Source: Mobula hypostoma (lineage: Eukaryota). Taken from it: a DNA stretch of 64,000 nucleotides. Position 1 is the first letter of the stretch. Each line of letters opens with the position of its first letter. Location of the stretch: contig NC_086097.1 of the NCBI RefSeq assembly GCF_963921235.1, positions 141,548,001 to 141,612,000 on the forward strand, in the 5' to 3' direction. Positions 47,502 through 60,045 of this stretch are shown here, piece by piece. The notes beneath the pieces were generated by a model, which made no database searches, was not told the origin of the DNA, and saw only the letters and a list, made by a program, of their open reading frames with translations. A program made the position numbers and the translations under genes.

Positions 47502-47987
47502 TGTTGACCAGAAAGAATGACAATCAACAAATCAGTGAATTCAAATGAATCAAGGACAGTGGAAGCAGTCTTTGTTCTTGCCGCATGCTTGGGGATGGAG
47601 GCTGCCATTTTGTGAAGACCCTCTATTCTTCATTTTGTGAGCTTAACATGCTGGGCTTGATCAATGTTTTAAAGAAGACACAATGATTCTTCAAGTAATC
47701 TACTGGACTGGAGATCATTTCCAAATAAGAAGTTATTTGTGAGATGTTCTTTGGTTGGCTATAACATGCAGGTTTGTGAATGTTGGGGTTGATGCCTGCC
47801 TGAAGTGATTCGAGCTCATTGCTGATTGAAAACAAAGAGCCATAAATTATCCACTGTCACTTGAAGGGAAGAGGGTAATAAATTGATGCTGGCTTGGAGC
47901 AGAGCCAATAACAAGGTGTTAAAGGACAGACACATGTCCTGTGGCCAATGACACTGGAATGGGATATTTGAATTGATAAGGAATGGA
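47502..47987 (+). repeat. 3' LTR, first part (U3)
   Basis: About 96% identical (hand count) to 32255-32738. Confidence 0.95.
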
Positions 47988-50900
47988 AAACGATGGGTTC
48001 CACCTGAACTCAAAGGGTACTAATATCCTGGCGGGATTGTTTAATATAGCTGTTAGGGAGGGTTTAATCTATGTTAGCAGGGGGAAGGAAACCAGGGTGT
48101 TAGGGTCGAGGAAGAGGAAAATAGAAATAAGTCAAAGATACTGTGCAGCAAAGATGGCAAGAAGGACAGACAGGTGAACAGACAGGATAATTTGCTGTGC
48201 AATAGAAATATAGCAAAATTGGTATCAGATACTGATCTAAATGTACTGTACTTAAATGCACGCATTAGAAATAAAGTGGATGACCCTGTTGTACAGCGAC
48301 AGGTTAAAAGATATGACATTGTGGCCATCACCGAGTCATGGCTAAAAGATGGATGTGATTGGGAGCTGAATGTGCAAGGATACATAGTGTATAGGAAAGA
48401 TAGGAAGGTAGGTAAAGGGGGTGGCGTGGCCCTGATGTAAGCAACGATATCAAGTCACTAGAAAGAAGGGACAGAGGATCAGAAGAGGTAGGATAATTAT
48501 GAGTCGAGCTAAGAAATGGCAAGGATAAAAAGACACTAATAGCAGTTATATACAGGCCTCCAAACAGCAGCTGGGATGTGGACTACAAGTTACAGCTGGA
48601 AATAGAAAAAGCATGTCAGAAGGAAAGTGTCAAGATAATGATGGGGGATTTTAATATGAAAGTGGATTGGGAAAGTCAGGAATGTACTGGATCTCAGGAG
48701 AGGGAGTTTGTAGAATGCCTATGGGATGGCTTTTTGGAGCAGCTTGTCCATAAGCCCACCAGGGGATCGCCTGTTTTGGACTGGGTGCTGTGTAATGAAC
48801 CTGAGCCGATTAGGGAGCTGGAGGTAATGGAACCCCTTGGAAGTAGTGATCATAATATGATTGAGTTCAGTTTCAGATCTGAAAAGGAGAAGCTGGCATC
48901 AGGCGTATCGATATTTCAGTGGAGCAAAGGAAATTACAGTGTTATGAGAGAGGAACTGGCCCAAGTCGATTAGAAAAGTAAGCTAGATGGAGGAATGGTA
49001 GAGCAGAATTGGATGAAATTCCTACAAGAAATAAGGAAAGTGCAGGAAAAATATATTCCAAGAAAAAAGAAAATCATGAATGGAAAAATGGCACAAATGT
49101 GGGAGCGCCGTGCTGCGGGAGGGGTGGCAAGGAGGGAAGACCTACAGGAAGGGTAATGAGGAGGGAGTGCCGAGCTGCGGGATGGGGTGGGTGGGGGTCG
49201 AGGAGGGAGCACACTGCATTGAGGAATGGGCAGCGAGACGGGAGCACCACAAGAGAGGTTAAGACTAAAATATAAGCAAAAGAGACGGCAAACAAGGACG
49301 CAAAAATTAGTGGGAAAACTGAGGACTGGACGACTTTTAAAAACTTACAGAAGGAAACTAAGAAAGCCATTAGGAAAGAAAAGATGAATTATGAAAGGAA
49401 GTTGGCAATTAACATAAAAAAGGATACTAAAGAGTTTTTTTAAATGTATCAAGAGTAAAAGATTGACACGGGTAGATATAGAACTGATCGAAAATGATGC
49501 TGGAGAAATTATAATGGGTAACAAAGAGATGGCAGAGGAACTAAATGAGTATTTTTCATCAGTCTTCACAGTGGAAGACATCAGCAACATACCTGACAGC
49601 CAGAGGTCTCAGGGAATAAAATTAGCTACAGTCAAGATTACTAGAGAGAAAGTGCTTGGGAAGCTAAATGGACTAAGAATAGATAAGTCTCCCGGACCGG
49701 ATGAGGTGCACCCACAGGTTCTGAAGGAGGTGGCTTTGAAGATTGTGAAGGCTTTGGAAATGATCTTCCAGGAATCAATAGACTCTGGCATGGTACTGGA
49801 GGAAGGTCGCAAATGTAGTTCCGCTGTTTGAGAAAGGAGGGAGGCAGCAAAAAGAAAATTACAGACCTATTTGTCTGGCATCAGTAGTTGGAAAGTTATT
49901 GGATTCAACCCTCCAGGACGAGGTTAAGAAATACCTCAAGGTGCATGACAAGATAAGCCCAAGCCAGCATGGTTTCATGAAGGGAAGATCCTGACTCACC
50001 AACCTATTGGAATTTTTTGAGGTAATCTCAAATCAGATTGACAAGGGGGAGGCTGTGGATGTTGTGTATTTGGATTTTCAAAAGGCCTTCGATAAGGTAC
50101 ACACACGAGGCTGCTTAATAAGATGAGAGCCCATGGAATTACAGGAAAGATATTGGAATGGGTGGAGCATTGGCTGATAGGCAGAAAGCAAAGGGTGGGA
50201 ATAAAGGGATCCTATTCTGATTGGTTGCCGGTTACTAGTGGTGTTCCGCAAGGGTCGGTGTTGGGGCCGCTTCTTTTTACAATGTATATCAATGATTTAG
50301 ATTATGGATTAAATGGTTTTGTGGCTAAGTTTGCGGATGACACCAAGATAGGTGGAGGAGCAGGAAGTGTTGAAGAAACGGAAAGGTTGCAGAGAGACTT
50401 GGTCAGTTTAGGAAAGTGGGCAAAGAAATGGCAGATGAGATATAATGTTGAGAAATGTACGGTTGTACATTTTGAAAGAAGAAATAATCCGGCAGATTAT
50501 TATTTAGATGGGGAGAAAATTCAAAAATCGTAAGTGCAAAGGGACTTGAGGGTCCTCGTGCAGGATACCTTAAAGATTAACCACCAGGTTGGATCGGCAG
50601 TAAGGAAAATGAATGCTATGTTGGCATTCATTTCAAGAGGAATAATGTATAAGAGTAAGGAGGTGTTGATGAGGCTCTATGGGACACTGGTGAGACCTCA
50701 TTTGGAATACTGTGTGCAGTTTTGGGCCCCCCTATCTTAGAAGGGATGTACTGATGTTGGAGAGAGTTCAGAGAAGATTTACGAGGATGATTCCTGGAAT
50801 GCAGGGGCTAACATATGAGGAGCGTTTGTCAGCTCTTGGACTGTATTCATTCAAGTATAGAAGAATGAGAGGGGATCTCATAGAAACATTTCGAATGTTG

Positions 50901-51244
50901 AAAGGGATGGATAGAGTAGATGTGGAAAGGCTGCTTCCCTTGGCGGGCGAGTCCAGGACAAGAGGCCACAGTCTTAGAATTAGAGGGTACCCATTTAAAA
51001 CAGGACATTTTTTTTCGCCAGAGGGTCGTGGATTTATGGAATTCGTTGCCACATACAGCTGTGGAGGCCCGATCATTGAGGGTGTTTAAGGAGGAGATTG
51101 ATAGGTATCTAATTAGTCAGGGTATCAAAGGATATGGGGAAAAAGCTGAAAATTGGAACTAGATGGGAGAATAGTTTAGCTCATGGTGAAGTGGCGGAGC
51201 AGACTCAATGGGCTGAATGGCCTACTTCTGCTCCTCTGTCTTGT
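47988..51244 (+). mobile_element. CR1 LINE, 5'-truncated, inserted in the 3' LTR
   Basis: ORF2 fragments 48174-48440, 48578-48973, 49463-49831, 50123-50533 (PQGSVLGP, FADD) and 50534-51089. 3' end GGCTGAATGGCCTACTTCTGCTCC. Confidence 0.93.
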
Positions 51245-51586
51245 GATATAACAGTGGATGCTTTGTGTGTGCTGGTAGCGGTAACTTTGAAGAGTAACCA
51301 TTGCAGATACAAGTGTAAGCAACCCTGTGTGAAACACGTGGCCAGTGAACCGGGACAACGAGGAACGCCTGGCCAGCATAAACTCCTTTGCCTGGGTAAT
51401 ACCTTTGCTATTCTTTGACTGTTCAAGAGAGTCAGGGATACTTAGTGGGTGTGCACACAAGGTATTTAGTGTATGAATTCACGTATTTGTTAGTTTGAAC
51501 AATAAAGGTATTTGTCAGTAAATACAGATCTCTCTGTGCCTAACTAAGCATCGTTGTAAGTAGAAGTAGTATTTTTTTTCACAACA
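51245..51586 (+). repeat. 3' LTR, second part (TATA/R/U5)
   Basis: About 95% identical (hand count) to 32737-33078. AATAAA at 51501-51506; ends in CAACA. Confidence 0.95.
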
Positions 51587-51770
51587 ACCTGCAGTCACTG
51601 AAGAAGGATTTTCAGAAACAATTTAAGGATTTGAATGATCTGGAAATTCCAGACTGGATAATTTCTTTGCAAGGTGGAAGAACAGGAATATAGCTTTTAA
51701 GAAGAAATTAACAAAATTCAGAATGATGAAGAAGCAACAATGGTTTTCGAAAATGTTGGCTTTTGTGGTA
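51587..51770 (+). pseudogene. hAT transposase continuation
   Basis: LQSLKKDFQKQFKDLNDLEIPDWI.. continues the reading interrupted at 32254. Confidence 0.8.
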
Positions 51771-54700
51771 CAGGTTTCCCCTGCCATCCAAAGGTAGAGC
51801 ATTCCTATGAAACTGTTCATAAGCTGGAATGACGTAAAGTGAAGAAGCAATCTACCATTTATTTGTAGAAATAGAACCATAGAAAAGCTACAGCACAGAA
51901 ACAGGCCTTTTGGCCCTTCTTGGCTTTGCCGAACCATTTTCTGCCTAGTCCCACTCACCTGCACATGGACCATATCCCTCCATACACCCCCATCCATGTA
52001 TCTGTCCAATTTATTCTTAAATGTTAAAAAAGAACCCGCATTTACCACCTCGTCTGGCAGCTCATTCCATACTCCCACCACTCTCTCAGCCCCCCTCTAA
52101 TGTTCCCTTTAAACTTTTCCCTCCTCACCCTTAACCCATGTCCTCTGGTTTTTTTCTCCCCTTGCCTCAGTGGAAAAAGCCTGCTTGCATTCACTCTATC
52201 TATACCCATCGTAATTTTATATACCTCTATCAAATCTCCCCTCATTCTTCTATGCTCCAGGGAATAAAGTCCTAACCTATTCAACCTTTCTCTGTAACTG
52301 AGTTTCTCAAGTCCCGGCAACATCCTTGTAAACCTTCTCTGCACTCTTTCAACCTTATTTATATCCCTCCTGTAATTTGGTGACCAGAACTGGACACGAT
52401 ACTCCAGATTCGGCCTCACCAATGCCTTATACAACCTCATCATAACATTCCACCTCTTATACTCAATACTTTGATTAATAAAGGCCAATGTACCAAAAGC
52501 TCTCTTTACGACCCTATCTACCTGTGACGCCACTTTTAGGGAATTTTGTATCTGTATTCCCAGATCCCTCTGTTCCACTGCACTCCTCAGTGCCTTACCA
52601 TTAACCCTGTATGTTCTACCTTGGTTTGTCCTTCCAACGTGCAATATCTCACACTTGTCTGTATTAAACTCCATCTGCCATTTTTCAGCCCATTTTTCCA
52701 GCTGGTCCAAGTCCCTCTGCAGGCTCTGAAAACCTTCCTCACTGTCTACTACACCTCCAATCTTTGTATCATCAGCAAACTTGCTGATCCAATTTACCAC
52801 ATTATCATCCAGATCATTGATATAGATGACAAATAACAATGGACCCAGCACTGATCCCTGTGGCACACCACTAGTCACAGGCCTCCACTCGGAGAAGCAA
52901 TTCTCTACTACCATTCTTTGGCTTCTTCCATCGAGCCAATGTCTAATCCAATTTATCACCTCTCCATGTATACCTAGCGACTGAATTTTCCTAACTAACC
53001 TCCCATGCGGGACCTTGTCAAAGGCCTTACTGAAGTCCATGTAGACAATATCCACTGCCTTCCTTGGTAACCTCCTTGAAAAACTCCAACAGATTGGTCA
53101 AACATGACCTACCACGCACAAAGCCATGTTGACTCTCCCTAATAAGTCCCTGTCTATCCAAATGCTTGTAGATTCTGTCTCTTAGTACTCCCTCCAATAA
53201 TTTACCTACTACTGACGTTAAACTCACCGGCCTATAATTTCCCAGATTACTTTTCGATCCTTTTTTAAACAACGGAACAACATGAGCCACTCTCCAATCC
53301 TCCGGCACTTCACCCGTAGACAGCCGCAGGGCCTCCGCAATTTCAACACTAGTCTCCTTCAAGGTCCGAGGGAACACTCTGTCAGGTCCTGGGAATTTAT
53401 CCACTTCAATTTTCCTCAAGACAGCAAGCACCTCCTCCTTTTCAATCTGTACAGTTTCCATGGTCTCACTACTTGATTCCCTCAATTCCATAGATTTCAT
53501 GCCAGCTTCCTTAGTAAATACAGACGCAAAAAAACCTATTTAAGATCTTCCCCATTTCCTTTGGTTCTGCACAAAGCCGACCACTTTGATCGTCAAGAGG
53601 ACCAATTTTATCCCTTACAATCCTTTTGCTCTTAATATACTTGTAAAAGCTCTTTGGATTATCCTTCACTTTGACTGCCAAGGTAACCTCATGTCTTCTT
53701 TTAGCCCTCCTGATTTCTTTCTTAAGTATTTTCTTGCACTTCTTATACTCCTCAAGCACCTGATTTACCCCCTGTTTCCTATACATTTCATACAACTCCC
53801 TCTTCTTCTTTATCAGAGTCGCAATATCCCTTGAGAACCAAGGTTCCTTATTCCTATTCAATTTGCCTTTAATCCTGACAGGAACATACAAACTCTGCAC
53901 TCTCAAAATTTCTCCTTTGAAGGCTTCCCACCTACCGATCACATCTTTGCCAGAGAACAACCTGTCCCAATCCACGCTTTTTAGATCCTTTCTCATTTCC
54001 TCAAATTTGGCCTTCTTCCAGTTCAGAACCTCAACCCTAGGACCAGATCTATCCTTGTCCATGATCAAATTGAAACTAATGGTGTTATGATCACTGGAAC
54101 CAAAGTGCTCCCCTACACAGACTTCTGTCACTTGCCCTAATTCATTTCCTAACAGGAGATCCAATATTGCATCCCCTCTAGTTGGTCCCTCTATATATTG
54201 ATTTAGAAAACTTTCCTGAACACATTTTACAAACTCTAAACCATCTAGACCCCTAACAGTATAGGAGTCCCAATCAATGTATGGAAAATTAAAATCCCCT
54301 ACCACCACAACTTTATGTTTCCTGCAGTTGCCTGCTATCTCTCTGCAAATTTGCTCTTCCAAGTCTCGTTGACTATTGGGTGGTCTGTAATACAATCCCA
54401 CTAATGTGGCCATACCTTTCCTGTTTCTCAGCTCCACCCATAAGGACTCAGTAGACAAGCCCTCTAATCTGTCCTGCCTGAGCACTGCTGTAATATTTTC
54501 CCTAACAAGCAATGCTACTCCCCCACCTTTCATTCCTCTGCCTCGATCACATCTGAAACATCAGAACCCTGGAATATTAAGCTGCCAGTCCTGCCCCTCC
54601 TGTAGCCAAGTTTCACTAATTGCTACAACATCATAATTCCACGTGTCAATCCACACCCTCAACTCATCCGCCTTCCCCACAATACTCCTAGCAATGAAAT

Positions 54701-56251
54701 ATATACACCTCAGAAGATTTTTACCACCACTCACAAACTTTCTATCAGCGGATTTGCTTAAACTTTCAACATCATTTATTTTCACCCCAGCCACACTGTC
54801 AGCTCTGGCACTCTGGTTCCCATCACCCTGCAAATCTAGTTTAAAGCCTCCCCAATAGCACTAACAAACCTCCCTGAAAAGATATTGGTCCCCCTGTGGT
54901 TCAAGTATGGGAAAAATCTGTGAGCATTCGCAGACCCAAAAAAAACCTACCGAATCATGCCAAATAACACATAAAACCTAAAATATCAGTAACATATAGT
55001 AAAAGCAGGAATGATATGATAAATACACAGCCTATATAAAGTAGAAATACTTTTCTACAATCATTGCCACACTGTTCTCCGTAGCGAAAATTTCACGCAA
55101 GCACTCTCAGCAGAAACATGGCAGAAACACTCTCTCCCGTAACCTTTAAGCTATGAAGCTGCCAAATCATACCAAATAACACATAAAAATACACAGCCTA
55201 TATAAAGTAGAAATGATGTATGTACAGTATAGAATCATTTTCCGGAATCGAGAAGTCAGCGCCAAGCACACTGATGATGGTGTGTTAGGCTGAGTCGTCG
55301 GAGGCTGGGGTGGTACAGTGGTCCCCAAACTCCGGGCAGTGAACCAATTAGATGCCGCCTGGCACGTAATTAATTAGCTTGTTTATTTCAGCTTTTTTCT
55401 TGTGGTGCGTCCCGGCTACCACTGCATTCTCCGCGGCAATGTATCGGTCCGCCACCCGGGGGTGGTGGGACACTGGGGTGTCATCTCATCATTGTTTGTT
55501 TCCATCAGGGCAAGCAGGTCATCTTCTTCTATGTCTGCCTGCCTCGATGTCGAAGGTTGAGGTTCATCGTCTGCTGTGGCTGATATGGAAGGTTTGAAAA
55601 ATGACAGTATGCTTGACTGCTTAGCCTCACGCATTTTTCTATCATACAGTTCTTTGTAAGCACTCAAACCATCTTGCAAGTATGCCCTAAATCGACGTAC
55701 CCTTTCAAAATTGAAGTCGTACTTTTCTGCAATAATTGCAGTGAAAATCTCACGCAGTTGCTTTACGTTCAGTTCCTGGATGACTTCACTTTCAGTCTGT
55801 TCGCTACTGCATTCGGTTTCGATTGTTATCCTTTCCTCTTTCAATTGCATCAGCCCTTCATCTATCAGTTCTTGGTCATGGGATGCCAAAACCTCTTCAA
55901 CATCATCTTCGTCAACGTCCACAAGCCAAACTCACTTTGTCCTTACTTTGTTCACCACGATCGACACGCTTAATTATGTCTAGTTTTACGCTAAGTGTAA
56001 CACGCTTATGAGCTCTTTTAGGCTTTTCCGATACCTTAGAACTCATCTTGCTAACGGATGCTCACAGGCACGTGTTTAAGCAATGCCGGTTAGGATACAG
56101 TTCCAGGGGAGGAGCTTGATTGCTCAGGGTGAGGCTGCCTTTTCTCATAACAGTGAAAGCACCTTCTGTTCGCAAAAACAGGTAACTAATGTAGGTCTTA
56201 TGTAACAGCGAGGTTTCGTAAAGTGAACGTTCAAAAAGCAGGGGACCCCTG
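51771..56251 (-). mobile_element. Tigger/pogo-like (TIGD1-type) non-autonomous DNA transposon, internally deleted, with a nested CR1
   Basis: Ends TA|CAGGTTTCCCCTGC and GCAGGGGACCCCTG|TA, with a TA TSD. On the minus strand the N-terminus MSSKVSEKPKRAHKRVTLSVKLDIIKR (ATG at 56046) sits directly next to the C-terminal part DVDEDDVEEVL..YKELY..KQSSILSFFKP (55416-55922); the DDE core is missing. Confidence 0.85.
51866..54905 (-). mobile_element. Young CR1 LINE, 5'-truncated
   Basis: ORF2 pieces 53511-54533, 53027-53500 and 52042-53055 (FADD). (CATAGAA)-type tail near 51866. Confidence 0.95.
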
Positions 56252-56492
56252 TATGTAGCTACACTGTCATTCGAAGTTTCCTGGTCTTTGGAGAAGAGAT
56301 AAACTGCTCTTCAATGCATTTTCATCCTCCTACCTTATTGAAAGAGGCTTCAGTACAGTGAACCACATACTCACAAAAAACAGAAAGCACTTGGACATTG
56401 TTACGCATGGGGATTTATGGTTTTTGCTATCACAACTTGAACCAGATATTTCAACTCTTGCTAAAAACCATCAAGCTCAAGGATCACATTGA
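56252..56492 (+). pseudogene. hAT transposase C-terminal dimerization domain
   Basis: KFPGLW..LLFNAFSSSYLIERGFS..LEPDI..HQAQGSH*, the typical Buster-type C-terminus. Confidence 0.85.
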
Positions 56493-56759
56493 TATTGAAG
56501 CTGCTGTACAGCTCACAGGTGTTGCATAGGCTAGGTTTAAAGACCAATAAAAATTTAAAGCAGAATCATTTTTTATCATGTTAGCATATGGTCGACATGT
56601 TTTTACACTATGGGGGCGCTGGAAAGCATACTGTGCCTAAGATAGGTGTTGGCAACTATGAAGGTGCTTTCCGGAGTTGTTGACAAGTATGGAAGTGTTT
56701 TAGGGAGGTGTTGGGCTAAAAAAGGTCTGGAAACACACTGCTGTAGACCCATCATAATT

Positions 56760-57470
56760 CCTTTACTTCTCATTCTGTCACATGCAACATTCATTTTGGA
56801 AATATTGGTGTACATATTCATGGATCCCTAAGGGAGCAGCACAGGTAGCTAAGATGATGAAGAAGATATATATCATACTGGCCTTCATTAGCCTGGACAT
56901 AGAATATAAGAGCTTAGATGATATAGTATGCCTTTATAAATCTTTGGTTAGGCCACAGCTGGACTATTGTGTGTGTTTCTGATCACCACATTATATGAAC
57001 AATATAATTGCACTCAAGAGGATGCAAAGGATCTTACCAGAATGTTGCCTGGAATGGAAGGTTTCAGTTATGAAACCAGACTGAATAGTCCGGGTTTATT
57101 TTCCCTGTAAGAAAGGAGACTTGGGAGACCTTACGGAAGTATACAAAATTATGAGGGGCATAGATAAGGTGAATAGTGAAAATGCTTTCCTTATAATGAA
57201 AGCATTTAAACCACAGGGCATAGGTTTAAAGTGAATTGTAATAGGCTAGGGAGTCTGAGGAAACTTCTTTTTCACCCAGATGGCAGTTATAATCTGTTAC
57301 ATGCAGTTTGGGAGTGTAGTTAAAGCAAGTTTTAAATATCTCACAATATTTAAGCAGTATCTGGATGAGGACTTGAATTGTCACTGAAGGCTGTGGACCA
57401 AGTAATGGCAAATGAGATTAGTAGAGATGGACACAGTGGTTAAAGGGCCTGTTTCTGTGTTGTATGACTC
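56760..57470 (+). mobile_element. Old CR1 3' fragment
   Basis: LYKSLVRPQLDYCV (56782-56982) and a 3' GGGCCTGTTTCTGTGTTGTATGACTCTA end. Confidence 0.75.
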
Positions 57471-58409
57471 TAAGTTTCAATGACTATCCAGTTTGTTCTT
57501 TCATCATTTCCTCACTGCCTTGACATCTTAAAAATTATTTTATCTTTAACCTTTTATATTTCCAGAAAAAGATCATCAACCAGAAATACTAACTATGCTT
57601 TTCTTTCTACAGATACTTGCTAACCAGCAGAATATTTCTAGCATTTTATATTTATACTAAACAACCACCTAACTGAATGGATGTAAGGAAAGAGCAAAAG
57701 TTAAAATTGCAAAGCAATAAATAAGGAAGAAGAAAATCATAATTCTTGGGGAACTTTAGGGCAGTTGAGAATGAAAGCTAGTATCAAAAGTGTTCAATAC
57801 AGAAACCTAAGCGAAGAGGCCTGAAGGTAAGTGATGCTGGCAAAACTCAATCTCGGCATTAGTCAGCAGTCTTGAACTCATGAATCAAATGGCTTAAAAC
57901 TAATAATGGGGATCTTTACAAGTTAAAGCTTCAATTTTATCTTGTTGAGTTCTCATGAGTTGGTCCTGCCATCAGGCTTCTAGTCAGCTGTGCAATTGTC
58001 CACCACCTCTACTCATGATTTGATATGATTCGACTGCAGAACTTTGATTATATCCATCTGTTATGATATAATTTAGCTGTCTCTATCAGTATGCTATTTT
58101 GCCTTTAGGTAATTCTTTGTTACAGCTTCATTAGTTGCACATTTTATCTTTATAATGCCTGATGCTGTTCCCAGCATATCCCTTTACACTGGCCATTGAA
58201 CCAGAGTTGATCTCTGAATTTATAGTAATGATAGAGTAGGGGAAATACAAGACTAAAGGGAAGAATGTAGGGACTGCAACAGTTTTATATTTCTTTCTGG
58301 AGCTAATAAGAAAAGTGACCTAATCATGGCTTACAAATGAATTTAAGGATAGTTATTTAATTCAGATTCATAATATCTGTCATTTTGTTTTAATTCAAAT
58401 GGTGGTGGA

Positions 58410-59850
58410 CGAGAAAAATATTGATTGTCCAAGGGGCCTGATGTTTTTAAACACAAGTCACTGAAAACAAATATGCAGGAATAGCAAGCAGTTATGCAGC
58501 CAAATGGTATGTTGGCTTTTTTTGCATGAGAGTATGAACAGCATGTTTTGCTGCAAATATACAAGACCTGGTGAGATGGCACCTGGAGTATTGTTCAACA
58601 TTGTTCTCCTTACTAAGAAAGGATATCCTTGCCAAAGAGGGAGAGCAGCAGAGTTTCACCAGACTGACTCCTGGCAATGGCAGGACTGTTATTTGAAGAG
58701 AGACTATATCAATTTAGGCCTATATTCTCCAGAATTTAGAAGAATAAGAGGATTATTATTGAAATGTATAAAATTTGACAGGACTAGACAGATTGGATGC
58801 AGTGAAGACTTTTGCCATAGTATAAGGGTCACAGTCTTTTGTTTGTCATATATATCAATAACTTGGATGTGAATGTAGGTGGCGTGATTAGTAAATATGC
58901 AGATGACACCAAAATTGGTGGTTTAGTGGAAGGAAAGTTAGAACATGGACCAAAAAGCTCAATTCCAGAGGTGAAGTGAGAGTGACTGGCCTTGACATCA
59001 AGGTAGTCTTTTACTTCATGTGACATCAAATAGTTCTAGTAAATTTGAAGTCAATGCCACTAACAACATAATATTCCAATAGTTGGAGTTCCATTTTGCA
59101 TGAAACTACAGCAATGTAGGAGTTTGTTACTAGGCCCAATCATCAGTCATCTTCCTTCCAATATAGAAGCAGAAGTTTGTTGACGTATAGATGATATTCA
59201 ATTTCATTTACACCTCAGCAAATGAACAAATCCACGTAGTTATCTAGAGAACATTCAACCCAAAACTTATGAGTGATAAAAAAGTGGCAAAAAAGCCAAG
59301 CATTGACCATCTCCAATAAAATTGAGTATAACTACTTAATGGAATTATCACATCAACATCCTGGAGAGTAACCATTGACTAAACCTCAACAGGATTAGCC
59401 ATATTAATACTGTGAATATGAGAGTACATCAAAGAGCCAGATATCTTCAGGAAGCTCAATTCCTACTACAATAAAGCCTTCCCACAATCTACAATGCAGC
59501 AATCAAAAATATAATGGAACACTGTATGCTTACCTGGATGAGAGTAATTCCAACAGCTCTCAAAAAAATTGATACCAGACAGGACAAAGCAGCTCACTTG
59601 ATCAGTACCCCATCTGCCACCCCAAGCATTCAGTCCCACCAACCCTAGGACAAAGTGTTTGTAATGTGACCCCTCTAGAAATTGTACTCCAGTATATATT
59701 TATGTTGTCAGGATGTAACAGCTCCTACAAAGCTCAAGATATCTACCACAAGAAGCACATGTTTTAAGCATGTTCTCTGCCAGGATGCTTCCCCTTCAAA
59801 GAGCAATTTCATCAAAAGGATTACAATAGGTCAAGAAAGTGGCACAATGC
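58410..59850 (+). mobile_element. Highly decayed CR1/L2-clade LINE fragments
   Basis: Residual LGLYSPEFRRIRG (58504-58872), KYADDTKIGG near 58890, and degenerate RT-like sequence beyond. Confidence 0.55.
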
Positions 59851-59884
59851 CACTATCAATATTTACCAGTCCAAGGTATATTTA

Positions 59885-60045
59885 CAAGCAGAAAATAATC
59901 TGCAGGTGCTGGGGTCAAAGCAACACTCACAACACACTGGAGGAACTCAGCAGGTCGGGCAGCATCCCAAAAGATTGGTCGACGTTTCGGGCCGGTCTTT
60001 TCCACGGATGCTGCCCGACCTGCTGAGTTCCACCAGCGTGTTGCA
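59885..60045. mobile_element. Penelope-like terminal fragment forming an inverted repeat
   Basis: 38-bp arms at 59930-59967 and 60006-60043 with 2 mismatches. The spacer contains GTCGACGTTTCGGGCCG, the reverse complement of the 3' half of a hammerhead. Confidence 0.75.

Larger units (their letters stand above)
32255..51586 (+). mobile_element. Complete endogenous retrovirus provirus (lokiretrovirus-like): LTR-gag-pro-pol-env-LTR, with three secondary insertions
   Basis: Ends TGTTG...CAACA, with a 4-bp TSD ACCT at 32251-32254 and 51587-51590. Removing the provirus restores the transposase reading EYCLHLQSLKKDFQKQFKDL. Confidence 0.93.
29858..56740 (+). mobile_element. hAT DNA transposon (Buster/Charlie-type, ZBED5/ZBED8-like transposase) hosting nested insertions
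   Basis: Left end CAGTGATTCCCAA (29858), right end ..GGAAACACACTG (56740). The 8-bp flanks CTCTGGAC and CTGTAGAC each differ by one base from CTCTAGAC (NTCTAGAN target consensus). The transposase reading continues across the insertions. Confidence 0.85.
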
